Source: Victivallales bacterium (GTDB lineage: Bacteria > Verrucomicrobiota > Lentisphaeria > Victivallales > GWF2-38-69). Taken from it: a stretch of 64,000 nucleotides of DNA. The first letter of the stretch is position 1, and every line of letters starts with the position of its first letter. Positions 46,834 through 56,865 of the stretch are shown here, piece after piece. A program made the position numbers and the translations under genes. The notes beneath the pieces were generated by a model, which was not told the origin of the DNA, made no database searches, and worked only from the letters and a program-made list of their open reading frames with translations. Location of the stretch: NCBI GenBank assembly GCA_965228125.1, contig OZ245791.1, forward strand, positions 385,596-449,595. Direction: 5' to 3'.

Positions 46834-46978
46834 AAGCCTGGTGTTAACAAAAACTATATGTCAATTGGGGTTTCCGTGTTGACAACAAAGTCCGTAGCCC
46901 GCACCTACTTAATATCGGCTTGACAGGAAATCGCCTGCAATCCACACCTGCGTGTAGCTTCCAACGTTAAAATTTCAT

Positions 46979-48529
46979 TCAATTTGAAACAATATGAGTT
47001 TTGCTTTCTGATTCCTGTCTGCCCTTTTTAAGCTTCTTTATTGCAATTATCAAAGAAACAGCCACGCTTAGAGCCGCCAGGATATAAGCAAGAGAAATAC
47101 TTATAGACATTGCCATTTTCAGTTTTGAAACAAGAACCGGAACGTTATCATCCGTTATTATTCCCTTCAATACTTTGTCCCTTAGAATATCAGGAACTGA
47201 CAGGGTTTTCATTATTGTATAATAGTATTTTGAATCTATGGAAAGAGAAGACATTATTGTTTCAATCCGCATTTTATCAGAATGATTAAAAATAGTGGAC
47301 AGTAAAGCCAACCCAATAGTAGCCCCCATTTGCCGCGAAGTCTGAGTCAGGCCGGCTGCCTGTCCTCTTAAGGTAGCCGGAACTCTGTTTAGAGCATCAG
47401 TCTGGGAAGGGCCTATGGCAAAACCTGTTCCTACTCCAAGCAAAACCATATAAGGCAATATGAAGTATATGTTCTGAAACTGAAGGACAATCGGTGCTAT
47501 AATGTAACTCAGAAGCACCAGAGTAAGCCCGAAAAGTACAGGTTTTCTCACCCCTACCTTGTCAAAAAGCCTGCCTGAAACATGCACGACTGTCGCCAAA
47601 GGCAAAATGGTGGCCATAGAAATAAGTCCTGAGTGCAATGGGGAAAAGCCAAGAACATTTTGTATGTATATAACATTAAAAAATGTTTGTCCTATCATCG
47701 CCAGTGACAGAAAAAACAGAACAAAAAAATTCACGCCAAAATTATCATATTTGAACAATCTTAAGTCTATAAGAGGAGATCCTTTTTTAACTTCCAGTTT
47801 TATAAAAAATAGAAGCATACCTATCCCAACTAAGATAAGCCCGATAGTCAATGGGGAATCCCATCCCATATTGGTAGCTTCCTGCAACCCAAGGACCAAA
47901 CAAACTGCGCCAATAACAAAAGTAAGTGCACCTCGAAAATCAAATTTCTGTCCCCGTACTATAAACTCTTTCGGGCTTGAAATAAGTGTTAAAGTTATAC
48001 TTACTACAGCTACCGGAAGATTTATATAGAAACACCATCTCCAAGAAATATATTGAGACAAGAAACCGCCTATAAGCGGCCCCAATGCCATGAATACCAT
48101 TGATATCCCTGCATAAATGGACATAGCCTTTCCCCGCTCCTTCAGATCGAAAGATGTATTGACTATGGCAGCAGAAGCCGGCACCATCAAGGCACCGCCA
48201 ATTCCCTGTAAGCCTCTGGAAAATATCAGGAAAGTCCCGGTCGAAGCAATTCCGCAAAAAGCAGAAGATAATGCAAATATAACCATCCCGGCAATGAAAG
48301 TTTTCCTTCTCCCGATTATATCTCCTAAATTGCCCCCAACAGCTACCAGAGAAGCCACCGCTAGGACATAGGCATTCATTACCCATTCAAGCCCGGTGTT
48401 TGACATACCCAGCTGGTATTGAATAGTTGGCAGACAGACCCCTACTATTGTTCCGTCCAGAAATATCATCGACAATGAACCGGTCATTGCAATGAGAACC
48501 CACCATTTCCTGTTCTCTTCGTTAATCAC
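46979..48529 (-). CDS. MFS drug:H+ antiporter, DHA2 (EmrB/QacA) family, 14 TM
   Basis: 516 aa. LDGTIVGV, GNLGDIIGRRK and LQGIGGALMVP motifs. Confidence 0.85.
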   Translation of the reverse strand: MINEENRKWWVLIAMTGSLSMIFLDGTIVGVCLPTIQYQLGMSNTGLEWVMNAYVLAVASLVAVGGNLGDIIGRRKTFIAGMVIFALSSAFCGIASTGTFLIFSRGLQGIGGALMVPASAAIVNTSFDLKERGKAMSIYAGISMVFMALGPLIGGFLSQYISWRWCFYINLPVAVVSITLTLISSPKEFIVRGQKFDFRGALTFVIGAVCLVLGLQEATNMGWDSPLTIGLILVGIGMLLFFIKLEVKKGSPLIDLRLFKYDNFGVNFFVLFFLSLAMIGQTFFNVIYIQNVLGFSPLHSGLISMATILPLATVVHVSGRLFDKVGVRKPVLFGLTLVLLSYIIAPIVLQFQNIYFILPYMVLLGVGTGFAIGPSQTDALNRVPATLRGQAAGLTQTSRQMGATIGLALLSTIFNHSDKMRIETIMSSLSIDSKYYYTIMKTLSVPDILRDKVLKGIITDDNVPVLVSKLKMAMSISISLAYILAALSVAVSLIIAIKKLKKGRQESESKTHIVSN

Positions 48530-48667
48530 TTTATCAGGCGCTTATTTAGAATAATTTAGGAATATGAATTTAATTTTTAAGAGCTAAAATTCATTAGATT
48601 ATAGACTAAAATTTTAGTAAAGCTATATTTAGAGAACAGTATGAACTTCAAAATAAGGGGAGGCAAT

Positions 48668-49861
48668 ATGTTCCAGCACATCGAAAAAGCACCGGCAGAT
48701 CCGATTCTCGGACTAAATGAAGCATTTAAAAACGAACCATCTCCAAATAAAATCAATTTAGGTGTGGGTGTCTACAAAAATGAATCAGGCGATACACCTG
48801 TCCTTGACTGCGTAAAGAAAGCTGAAACAATTATGCTGGCCAAAGAAAAAACCAAATCTTATCTTGGAATACAAGGAACAGATGAATATGTAAAAATTGT
48901 TAAAGAACTCGTATTTGGCAAAGACAGCCCTCTGATTGCTGAAAAAAGAATTGCTACAGTCCAATCTCCCGGCGGAACAGGAGCCTTGAGGATCGGTGCT
49001 GATTTTATACGAAAATTCTTTCCGAAAGCCGGAATTTGGATAAGTGACCCGACATGGGAAAACCACAGGCAATTATTCGGCGATGCTGGACTGAAAGTTA
49101 ATAATTATCCTTATTACTGCCCAAAATCCAAATGGCTAGACTTCGAGGGAATGAAGAGAACCCTCTCTTCTGTACCTTCTACTGATGTCGTCCTTCTCCA
49201 CGCCTGTTGCCACAACCCGACAGGAATTGACCTGACTCAGGAACAATGGAATGAAATCGCAAAAATAGCCTCAGAAAGAGGATTTATCGTGTTCTTTGAC
49301 TTCGCTTATCAGGGTTTTGGAAATGGCCTAGACGAAGATGCTTACGCTGTAAGATACTTTGCAGGAAAAATCAAAAACTTCCTGGTTGCCAACTCATATT
49401 CTAAAAACTTCGGTGTTTACAATGAGCGAGTAGGTGCGCTGTCAGTTGTAACAGAAACAGCACAAGAAGCAGACAAAGTATTATCCCAATTAAAAATATG
49501 CGTAAGAGTACTCTACTCTAACCCGCCAGGACATGGTTCATCAATCGTTACGACAGTCCTGTCAGATGCAGAACTTACAAAGCAATGGGTTGCCGAAGTA
49601 GCTGACATGAGGAAAAGAATACTCTCATACAGGCTTAAACTCGTTGAGGCTATTAAAGGAAAAGGCGTCAAACAGGATTTCTCCTATATCGCAAAACAGC
49701 GCGGCATGTTTTCTTACACAGGGCTTAATCCTGATCAGGTAAAAGAACTGAGAGAAAAGTATGCAATCTATATGGTGAACACAGGCAGAATTAACCTTGC
49801 CGGACTTAATGGGAAGAACCTGGACAAAGTAGCAGAAGCCATCGCTTCTGTAGTTAAATAA
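48668..49861 (+). CDS. aspC: Aspartate/aromatic amino acid aminotransferase (class I)
   Basis: MFQHIEKAPADPILGL start after AGGGGAGG. SYSKNFGVYNERVG PLP-lysine motif. Confidence 0.9.
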   Translation: MFQHIEKAPADPILGLNEAFKNEPSPNKINLGVGVYKNESGDTPVLDCVKKAETIMLAKEKTKSYLGIQGTDEYVKIVKELVFGKDSPLIAEKRIATVQSPGGTGALRIGADFIRKFFPKAGIWISDPTWENHRQLFGDAGLKVNNYPYYCPKSKWLDFEGMKRTLSSVPSTDVVLLHACCHNPTGIDLTQEQWNEIAKIASERGFIVFFDFAYQGFGNGLDEDAYAVRYFAGKIKNFLVANSYSKNFGVYNERVGALSVVTETAQEADKVLSQLKICVRVLYSNPPGHGSSIVTTVLSDAELTKQWVAEVADMRKRILSYRLKLVEAIKGKGVKQDFSYIAKQRGMFSYTGLNPDQVKELREKYAIYMVNTGRINLAGLNGKNLDKVAEAIASVVK

Positions 49862-49879
49862 CAAATGCTGCAATAGACG

Positions 49880-49910
49880 CCACGGGCATCTTGCCCGTGG
49901 TTCTTTTTTT
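49880..49910 (+). terminator. Intrinsic terminator after aspC (same hairpin family)
   Basis: CCACGGGC-ATCTT-GCCCGTGG followed by TTCTTTTTTT. Confidence 0.8.
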
Positions 49911-49920
49911 AAGAAAATCC

Positions 49921-50949
49921 ATGAAAAATTTCATATCTTCCCTGAATGATGCTTCTAAAAAACTCGGACTGGAATTCGATGAATCCATCTATACCGTCGA
50001 AAAAGAGTACCCTTTCCTTATATCTGACTATTACCTGAATTTGATAGATAAAAAAAAGCCTCTTTCTGATCCTGTCTTCATTCAGTCATTTCCATCTACT
50101 GCCGAAATGTCCGACGATAAAAACCTTTCTGAAGACCCGCAATGCGAAAAGAATTTCGTTCCTGTTCCTAAACTCATCCACAGATACAAAGACAGAGCGC
50201 TAATATTAACTACGAACAGATGTAGTTCTTATTGCCGTTTCTGTTTTCGTAAACGCTACTGGAAAAACGGCTCTGAAAAAGAAGATATTTCATCTGAAGA
50301 ATTGAATCAGATTCTTTCATATATAAAGAAAACAAAATCACTTGAAGAGATCATTCTCTCAGGAGGAGATCCTCTTATGCTGTCCAATGCCAAACTGAAA
50401 CTGATACTTGATTCTTTGCATGAATTGCCTCAAATTCGAACAATAAGACTGGCAACGAGAATTCCTGTCGCTTTCCCGCAACGCATCACACCCAGCCTTG
50501 TCAGGATGCTTTCAAAGTATAATAATCTCTGGATTGTGACCCATTTTAACCATCCCAACGAGATAACACCCGATTCCATGGAAGCATGCAGAAAAATAAC
50601 ATCAGCAGGTATACCAGTTTTGAATCAGACAGTACTGCTTAAAGGCGTCAATGATTTATCTATGACATTAAGGAAGTTATTCAGGGAATTGGTAAGCCAT
50701 AGGATAAAGCCTTACTATCTATTTCATATTGATCCGGTAAAGGGAGTTACTCACTTTGCCACCGGCATTGAAAAAGGGCTTGAGCTTATGCGCTATTTCA
50801 GGAAAAACCTTTCAGTCATGGCCACCCCGCAATTTGCAATAGACCTTCCTGAAGGCGGCGGCAAAGTATCCCTTCAACCCTGTTACACAGAAGATAACAT
50901 AAGTTTTCTGTCCACCGATGAAAATCGCAAAATAAAATATTACAGGTGA
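49921..50949 (+). CDS. KamA-family radical SAM aminomutase (lysine 2,3-aminomutase / EpmB-like)
   Basis: CSSYCRFCFRK motif, SGGDPL, and KPYYLFH-type region. The ATG at 49921 is preferred because the track TTG at 49891 lies inside the terminator hairpin. Confidence 0.8.
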   Translation: MKNFISSLNDASKKLGLEFDESIYTVEKEYPFLISDYYLNLIDKKKPLSDPVFIQSFPSTAEMSDDKNLSEDPQCEKNFVPVPKLIHRYKDRALILTTNRCSSYCRFCFRKRYWKNGSEKEDISSEELNQILSYIKKTKSLEEIILSGGDPLMLSNAKLKLILDSLHELPQIRTIRLATRIPVAFPQRITPSLVRMLSKYNNLWIVTHFNHPNEITPDSMEACRKITSAGIPVLNQTVLLKGVNDLSMTLRKLFRELVSHRIKPYYLFHIDPVKGVTHFATGIEKGLELMRYFRKNLSVMATPQFAIDLPEGGGKVSLQPCYTEDNISFLSTDENRKIKYYR

Positions 50950-50952
50950 TCT

Positions 50953-51882
50953 ATGAAGAAAAAAATAATAATTGATACAGACCCCGGCATTGATGACGCT
51001 ATGGCTATCTTTATGGCACTGAAATCTCCTGAGATTCAGCTAATGGGATTGACTTCAATTTTTGGAAATGTTAATTGCAGACAATCAACAATCAATGCTC
51101 TAAGATTACTCGAAATAGCCGAACGAAGCGACATTCCGGTAGCCAAAGGTTGCGATACACCTCTCATAGTAGAACCACATAGACACGCAACACATGTGCA
51201 TGGCGAAGACGGAATGGGCAACACCTATTTGCCTACTCCTACAACTAGCCCCATTGATATACCGGCGGCGCTTTTCATTGTTAATACAATTCTTGAAAAC
51301 CCCGGCGAAGTTACATTAGTTCCCATCGGGCCTTTAACCAATATTGCGTTGGCACTAAAGCTAGAACCAAAAATCGTAAACATCGTTAAAGAAGTAGTAA
51401 TTATGGGCGGGGCCGCAACAGTCCAAGGCAATGTTACGCCAGTAGCAGAGGCCAACATCTGGCAGGACCCACATGCAGCATCTATCGTCTTTAGTTCAGG
51501 CCTGCCGTTAACTATGGTAGGACTCGATGTTACAAAAAAAGTAATTCAAACTGAAGCCTATCTTAATGAAATTTTCTCTGCTAACAACAGAGCCACCAAT
51601 CTCCTGAAACTCATTACGCCTTGTTATCAGGACTTCTATTACGAAGCTTTCGGTTCAAAAAATCTCCATACCCACGATCCGTCCACTATTGCCTATTTGA
51701 TCAACCCTGACCTTTTTATTACTCAAAAAATGCCCATTTTTGTTGAAACTGAGGGTCGCTGCGCAGGACAGACGGTACCGGATTATCGTAAACAATGGGG
51801 TAATCTTCCGTTAAGCAATGTCTGCATAGAAGTAAACTCATCAGGAGTGCTCGAGCTTATTAAAAACAGGCTGGTTCGCTAG
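50953..51882 (+). CDS. Nucleoside hydrolase (IUNH family)
   Basis: DTDPGIDDAMAI N-terminal aspartate cluster; 309 aa. Confidence 0.85.
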   Translation: MKKKIIIDTDPGIDDAMAIFMALKSPEIQLMGLTSIFGNVNCRQSTINALRLLEIAERSDIPVAKGCDTPLIVEPHRHATHVHGEDGMGNTYLPTPTTSPIDIPAALFIVNTILENPGEVTLVPIGPLTNIALALKLEPKIVNIVKEVVIMGGAATVQGNVTPVAEANIWQDPHAASIVFSSGLPLTMVGLDVTKKVIQTEAYLNEIFSANNRATNLLKLITPCYQDFYYEAFGSKNLHTHDPSTIAYLINPDLFITQKMPIFVETEGRCAGQTVPDYRKQWGNLPLSNVCIEVNSSGVLELIKNRLVR

Positions 51883-52385
51883 ATAATAGAATTCTGCCCT
51901 TTTAAAATAGAAACTATTTCTTTGGCAGACCTGAGGCCGACATCTTCAATAAAAATGTTTTCTATCGAAATAAATTTATAACCCGATACATCATCATCAG
52001 TCTTGATATTGCTGAAATCTTTAACAGTGCAGGTAAAAGCCAAATCAAGGGTATGATATAGAATCCCTTCATATTCGTATATATTTGGAATAGATAGAAA
52101 ATATTCTATATTAAATATTTCTAGATTGAGTTCTTCCTTAATTTCGCGGGCCAATGCTTCTTCCGCATTTTCTTCGTAATCAACAAACCCACCGGGAAAA
52201 TCCAGCATTCCTGCATAGGGATCATGCTTTCTTTCGGTAAGAAGAATTTCGTTTTTTTCGTTTCTGATTATCGCTATGACAGCAGCTCCGGCATTAAGAA
52301 AAATCCGAAACCCGCATTTATGGCACATTACGGACTTGACAGTATCTTCATTGAAAGCATCTATTCCGCATTTCGGGCAGAACAT
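51879..52385 (-). CDS. NUDIX hydrolase with N-terminal zinc ribbon
   Basis: CPKCG...CHKCG, then Nudix box GGFVDYEENAEEALAREIKEELNL. Confidence 0.8.
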   Translation of the reverse strand: MFCPKCGIDAFNEDTVKSVMCHKCGFRIFLNAGAAVIAIIRNEKNEILLTERKHDPYAGMLDFPGGFVDYEENAEEALAREIKEELNLEIFNIEYFLSIPNIYEYEGILYHTLDLAFTCTVKDFSNIKTDDDVSGYKFISIENIFIEDVGLRSAKEIVSILKGQNSII

Positions 52386-52392
52386 AACAACT

Positions 52393-52800
52393 CTACCTTA
52401 ATTTGCCTAGATATTGAGCAATGCCATATATAAGGACAAAGAAACCAATATTCTTCAATCCATTGGACAAGAGCATAAATTTTACAGATCTGACTGAATA
52501 CTGCCTCCTCTTCATTTCAACATAAAGCCAATACCCTAAAATCCCAACTAGGAATATCACGCACAAAACAAAGAAAGAGGATACAGCTACAATACCAAAT
52601 TGAAGCTTCTTAAGAATAAAGAGAACAAATACTGCAAATACTACTATGGCACTTATAAAATACTTATTCAGTTCCGAATATAACTTGGAAAGTTCGACTT
52701 TTTTATCGATAGGAATATGGTTGGCCGCTCTTACTACAAAGATGTGGCCAAGCACATTGCATATCGAAAACAGGACTATGCCTAAAACAAGAAACAACAT
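52393..52800 (-). CDS. Small membrane protein, unknown function
   Basis: 135 aa with 4 hydrophobic helices, packed between NUDIX and SPFH genes. Confidence 0.5.
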   Translation of the reverse strand: MLFLVLGIVLFSICNVLGHIFVVRAANHIPIDKKVELSKLYSELNKYFISAIVVFAVFVLFILKKLQFGIVAVSSFFVLCVIFLVGILGYWLYVEMKRRQYSVRSVKFMLLSNGLKNIGFFVLIYGIAQYLGKLR

Positions 52801-52818
52801 CTAAGAACCTATTTACTC

Positions 52819-53775
52819 CTAGCTGGATATTTTAGCAGCAGTGTCTTTTTCCTGAACTGTCTGATCAGTAAATACACTTGTGGCAACTTTAACAATTGAA
52901 GCTATATCAGCAAGATTTGATGGGATAATTATGGAGTTATTGGCCTTGGCTAATTTACCGAACTCGCCAAGGTACTGTTCCGCTACTCTGAGGTTAACAG
53001 CATTCATTCCGCCTTTCTCATTTATTGCAGTCGCAATAGCTCTTATTCCTGTAGCAGTAGCATCTGCTATTTTTCTTATTTCCACGGCTTTGCCTTCGGC
53101 AAGATTGATTCTCTTCTGCATTTCACCTTCAGAATTGGCTATGGCAGCCTGCTTTTCACCTTCTGCTCTGTTAATTTGTGATTGTCTCTGTCCTTCTGAT
53201 TCTGCTATTATAGCCCTCTTCTCTCTTTCAGCGCGCATTTGTTTTTCCATAGCGTCTTTAATGCTCTGCGGAGGGGATATGTTTTTTACTTCGTATCTGG
53301 AAACTTTTACACCCCAAGGTTCTGCAGCTTTGTCGAGAGCATCGACTATAGCCACATTGATAGTATCTCTCTCTTCAAAAGTCTTATCAAGTTCGAGTTT
53401 GCCCATAACGCTTCTCATTGTAGTTTGTGACAACTGTATTGAAGCCCATGCATAATTACCTATACCATAGGAAGCTAACTGCGGGTCAATTACCTGCATA
53501 TATAAAACACCGTCAACTTCTACAGTAATATTGTCCTTGGTAATGCACTGCTGCGGAGGCACATCAATTGCCTGTTCCTTGAGTGTATGGATGTAAGCCA
53601 CACGATCCATCAGTGGTATTAGGATATGCAACCCGGCTTCAAGAGTAGCCCTATATTTACCAAATCTCTCAACTATAAAAGCCGATTTCTGAGGGACTAT
53701 TTTGATTGATTTTAAGATCAGAATTACGATAAATACTACTACTACTATGAGTGCGATCGTATTGGGATGAATCAT
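52819..53775 (-). CDS. SPFH/band-7 (stomatin-like) protein
   Basis: 318 aa. N-terminal TM, SPFH core, and EAEREKRA / AEGEKQA coiled-coil repeats. Confidence 0.85.
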   Translation of the reverse strand: MIHPNTIALIVVVVFIVILILKSIKIVPQKSAFIVERFGKYRATLEAGLHILIPLMDRVAYIHTLKEQAIDVPPQQCITKDNITVEVDGVLYMQVIDPQLASYGIGNYAWASIQLSQTTMRSVMGKLELDKTFEERDTINVAIVDALDKAAEPWGVKVSRYEVKNISPPQSIKDAMEKQMRAEREKRAIIAESEGQRQSQINRAEGEKQAAIANSEGEMQKRINLAEGKAVEIRKIADATATGIRAIATAINEKGGMNAVNLRVAEQYLGEFGKLAKANNSIIIPSNLADIASIVKVATSVFTDQTVQEKDTAAKISS

Positions 53776-54248
53776 TGTTTATCACCTTTAGTTTGGGGTT
53801 TTACTTCAAAAGTTAAATTATTCTGTTTTTTTATCACAACCATTGCCCCTTTAGGAATCACAGTATCAGAGACGGCGTTCCAAAGCGCACCATGGAATTC
53901 TACTTTGCCTACTGAATCAGGATGTATATCCTCCCTGACAACGGCACTCTTTCCTACATTTGTATCAATGTTTTTAGGCAGGAAATCCTTTCCTGAAAGA
54001 AAACCTTTAAAAATACTTTTAAACCATTTTCTCAGAAGGAAAAGAGATAATAGCGAACTAACTATAAATATTATTATTTGGAGATTGATACCAATATCTG
54101 CAAAAAAAGTCACCAGAGCCACAATAAACGCCCCTAGCCCAAAGAAAAGGATGACGAAACCAGGAGAGGCGAATTCCCCAAAGAGCATAACTATACCAAT
54201 TAAACACCAGATAATCTCCGGTCTCCAAAATGAACTCATTTCATGCAT
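53772..54248 (-). CDS. NfeD-family membrane protein
   Basis: 158 aa. TM helices plus a C-terminal OB-like GKVEFHGALWNAV..IPKGAMV. Overlaps the SPFH start, the classic NfeD-SPFH pair. Confidence 0.8.
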   Translation of the reverse strand: MHEMSSFWRPEIIWCLIGIVMLFGEFASPGFVILFFGLGAFIVALVTFFADIGINLQIIIFIVSSLLSLFLLRKWFKSIFKGFLSGKDFLPKNIDTNVGKSAVVREDIHPDSVGKVEFHGALWNAVSDTVIPKGAMVVIKKQNNLTFEVKPQTKGDKQ

Positions 54249-54340
54249 AAAATCGCCTTTTCCTTAATTTGTTAGCATACCTTGTTACAGTAAAGCAGAA
54301 TTTATTCTAAACAACCGTGGTAAGAATTCTTTTCTCATGT

Positions 54341-55246
54341 TTAATATCGTGCTGCATCTTTAAAAAGAGCCAGAATAGTCTCTTTCTTGTAGCCAAGTCC
54401 TATTAGGACAAGCGTCGTTGTCTTAAAGTCGTTAAAGTGAGCCAAAGCGTCTTTAAGTTCGGCTTTTTCTGTAGTGCCGTCAACTATATATTCTTTCCCG
54501 TCTATTCTGGCAAATCCTTTCAGCCTGAAAACCACCTCTTTAATCTTATCCAAAAATTGATTGAAGCTATCAAAAGTAAAACCCTTATCCGATTCAAGAG
54601 TCATTGAATTAAAAGGGTCTGGCAAACCGCTTCCAGGAAGCTCATCTGCGATGGTTCCTTTCCTATCTAAATTATCCAGTAGGCCAACGTCCAAATCTGC
54701 GTACTTTGTAGCTATGACAGGAGTCATAGGAGCTAAACTCTTAACGCTTTCTTTTACTTTATCTAAAGCGTCATTATCAACCAAATCTGATTTATTGAGC
54801 AGAACAATGTCTGCGGATTCCACCTGAGACACAGGAGCTTTTGCGTATTTTCTTATCTTGATAAAATTAGTGGCATCGACCAGACAAACACATGCTTTAA
54901 GACGAATCCTGTTTCTCAGTGACGGAAGAGACAGCATCTTCTCCATCTCGTCAGTATCAGCAAGGCCGGTGGCTTCAATTATCAGAAGATCGGGTTTAAT
55001 CCTGTCAGCTATTCGTTCGACTTCCTTGATGAAATCAGTCCTGATGCAGATGCAGAAAAGACTCCCTTTATTAAGTTCGACCTTCTCATAATTTCCTTGC
55101 CTCAGAAGAGTTCCGTCAATCCCGACAGAACCGAATTCATTAATAAGTAAAACGCTTCTCTTAGAGCGATAATGCCCAATAAGCCTATTAAGCAATGTTG
55201 TCTTTCCTGCGCCAAGAAAACCCGTCAAAAGAATTGTTGGGATCAT
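54341..55246 (-). CDS. CobW/COG0523-type G3E GTPase
   Basis: GFLGAGKTTLLNRL P-loop and IIEATGLAD. CICI sits where the family usually has CxCC. Confidence 0.8.
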   Translation of the reverse strand: MIPTILLTGFLGAGKTTLLNRLIGHYRSKRSVLLINEFGSVGIDGTLLRQGNYEKVELNKGSLFCICIRTDFIKEVERIADRIKPDLLIIEATGLADTDEMEKMLSLPSLRNRIRLKACVCLVDATNFIKIRKYAKAPVSQVESADIVLLNKSDLVDNDALDKVKESVKSLAPMTPVIATKYADLDVGLLDNLDRKGTIADELPGSGLPDPFNSMTLESDKGFTFDSFNQFLDKIKEVVFRLKGFARIDGKEYIVDGTTEKAELKDALAHFNDFKTTTLVLIGLGYKKETILALFKDAARY

Positions 55247-56865
55247 TGAATATCCTTAATCCATTCCTTCACTACATCCACACTTGGTATTCTTCCTGAT
55301 GATTTGACTCTTCTTTGTTCTATCATAACAGCAGGCAATGTGTTTATGCCATAATCAGCAATGATTTTCTGATCTTCTATTAACTCTACATCAATATCGC
55401 TACCCAACTCCATTTTTGCCTGATCTGCCACCGATTCAAGAGAGTTCAATTGTTCCTTATTCCCGAAAAGGATAAGTTTATTGCTCTTTTTGGATACATT
55501 GATGTGAAGCTTCTCATTTATTCTTTTTTGAATAGCCTTTACGAGTTCTTCCTTGGATGGTATAACACTGACAAACTTGATAATTCCGTCGATACAAATA
55601 GTCGGTATATTTTTAACGCTTAACCACATCATGAATTCTACGGCCTCGCGCTGCTTTACTTTGTGCTCTCTCCATGCCACGAGATCTCCAAACTCTTCTG
55701 CTGCGCTTTTTACTGCTTCTACCATATATTGACATGGAGCACAAGCCTCAGAGTCCAAGGTAATCACATCTATGACAACCTTATCTGACACGCCGTATTC
55801 ATTAAGATTAACTTTCTTAACATCAGACACCTCTTCCGTCTTTGAAAGTTCTTTGACTATCTGCCTCTTATACGGATCGTTAACGATTTCAGTAACGGCT
55901 ATCAGATTTTCTATAGGCGTATCGTAAGGAAGATCGCATCCCGGGGCGAGGATAAAACCTTTTCCTACGCCAAATTCAATGCATTCCACAGCGTCTTTTC
56001 TAGCATCATCCTGAGTTCCCATAAGTAAAACTACAGTAAGCTTAAGATTTCCGCCGTAAGATACGCCATGACTTGCACAAATGTTTTTTACATAATCAAG
56101 TGGGATATTTTCATCTACAGAAATATTGTCCGGCTTCGTCTCGCACATCGCCTCAATATTCTTCTGGGCATGGCCGCAGACAAAGAAGGAACCGGGAACC
56201 TGCTTCTCTCTTAAAAAGGCAAACAATTCTGTCACGTATGGAGTTACAAACTCTCTGAATGCTTCAGGGGATATCTGGCTGGTCATCGGGTCCACAAGCG
56301 CAATAATATCGCACCCGGCTTCAATGTACATCTGTGCCATCTTTTTACAGACTTTGTTACAGAATGCCATTAATTCCATAACATCAGTTGGAGTGTCGTA
56401 CATGTCCATAAAAATATTTGTGCCCTTGAGGTGAAGAGCCAAAGTAAATGGTCCAATCACCAGGCCGTATAAGGCCACATCATGATTTTTAGCTTTTAAA
56501 AGCCTTGTCGCTTCCAGGGCGACCGGGATTCTTCCGCTCTTTTCATCTATTACCGTAAGTTCAGTCAGCTTTTTTGTATCCAAAATATGCGAAACTACTG
56601 CCGGAGGATTGTCTTTTGCCCAAACAAGTTCGCAACCAAGAGCTTCAGCCTCTATTTGCAAATCAAAGACCACAGGTATTCCGTCTGGTTTGTATAGCCT
56701 TATAGCCTCTTCAATCCCTTTGACTATGAGTTCAGGAGATTTTAAATATGTTTCTGCATCAACGCTTATGAGCTTTGCCCCGTGAACTCCTACAAAAGGA
56801 ACCCATGGTATTCTGGCACTAGTGTTTTCTGATCTTAACGCGTCAAAAAGCAGTTTTTTACCCAT
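55243..56865 (-). CDS. Uroporphyrinogen-decarboxylase-fold (MtaA/CmuA-like methyltransferase) protein fused to two thioredoxin-like domains
   Basis: 540 aa. The first 340 aa or so are URO-D-like. Then comes a CAPC-containing thioredoxin-like module and a second module resembling redox-active disulfide protein 2 (LPAVMIEQRRVKSSGRIPS) without its CxxC. Confidence 0.65.
   Translation of the reverse strand: MGKKLLFDALRSENTSARIPWVPFVGVHGAKLISVDAETYLKSPELIVKGIEEAIRLYKPDGIPVVFDLQIEAEALGCELVWAKDNPPAVVSHILDTKKLTELTVIDEKSGRIPVALEATRLLKAKNHDVALYGLVIGPFTLALHLKGTNIFMDMYDTPTDVMELMAFCNKVCKKMAQMYIEAGCDIIALVDPMTSQISPEAFREFVTPYVTELFAFLREKQVPGSFFVCGHAQKNIEAMCETKPDNISVDENIPLDYVKNICASHGVSYGGNLKLTVVLLMGTQDDARKDAVECIEFGVGKGFILAPGCDLPYDTPIENLIAVTEIVNDPYKRQIVKELSKTEEVSDVKKVNLNEYGVSDKVVIDVITLDSEACAPCQYMVEAVKSAAEEFGDLVAWREHKVKQREAVEFMMWLSVKNIPTICIDGIIKFVSVIPSKEELVKAIQKRINEKLHINVSKKSNKLILFGNKEQLNSLESVADQAKMELGSDIDVELIEDQKIIADYGINTLPAVMIEQRRVKSSGRIPSVDVVKEWIKDIQ

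Noticed and set aside
49891-49920. Track start codons that extend ORFs upstream (TTG 49891; also TTG 27729, TTG 20846, TTG 20179, ATG 44027, ATG 6370, ATG 4731, ATG 39000)
   Set aside because: 49891 and 27729 fall inside terminator hairpins or T-runs. 44027 would overlap the upstream gene by 65 nt, whereas ATG 44081 gives a coupled overlap. 6370 spans the putative attI crossover. The others have a downstream ATG with a much better Shine-Dalgarno site.
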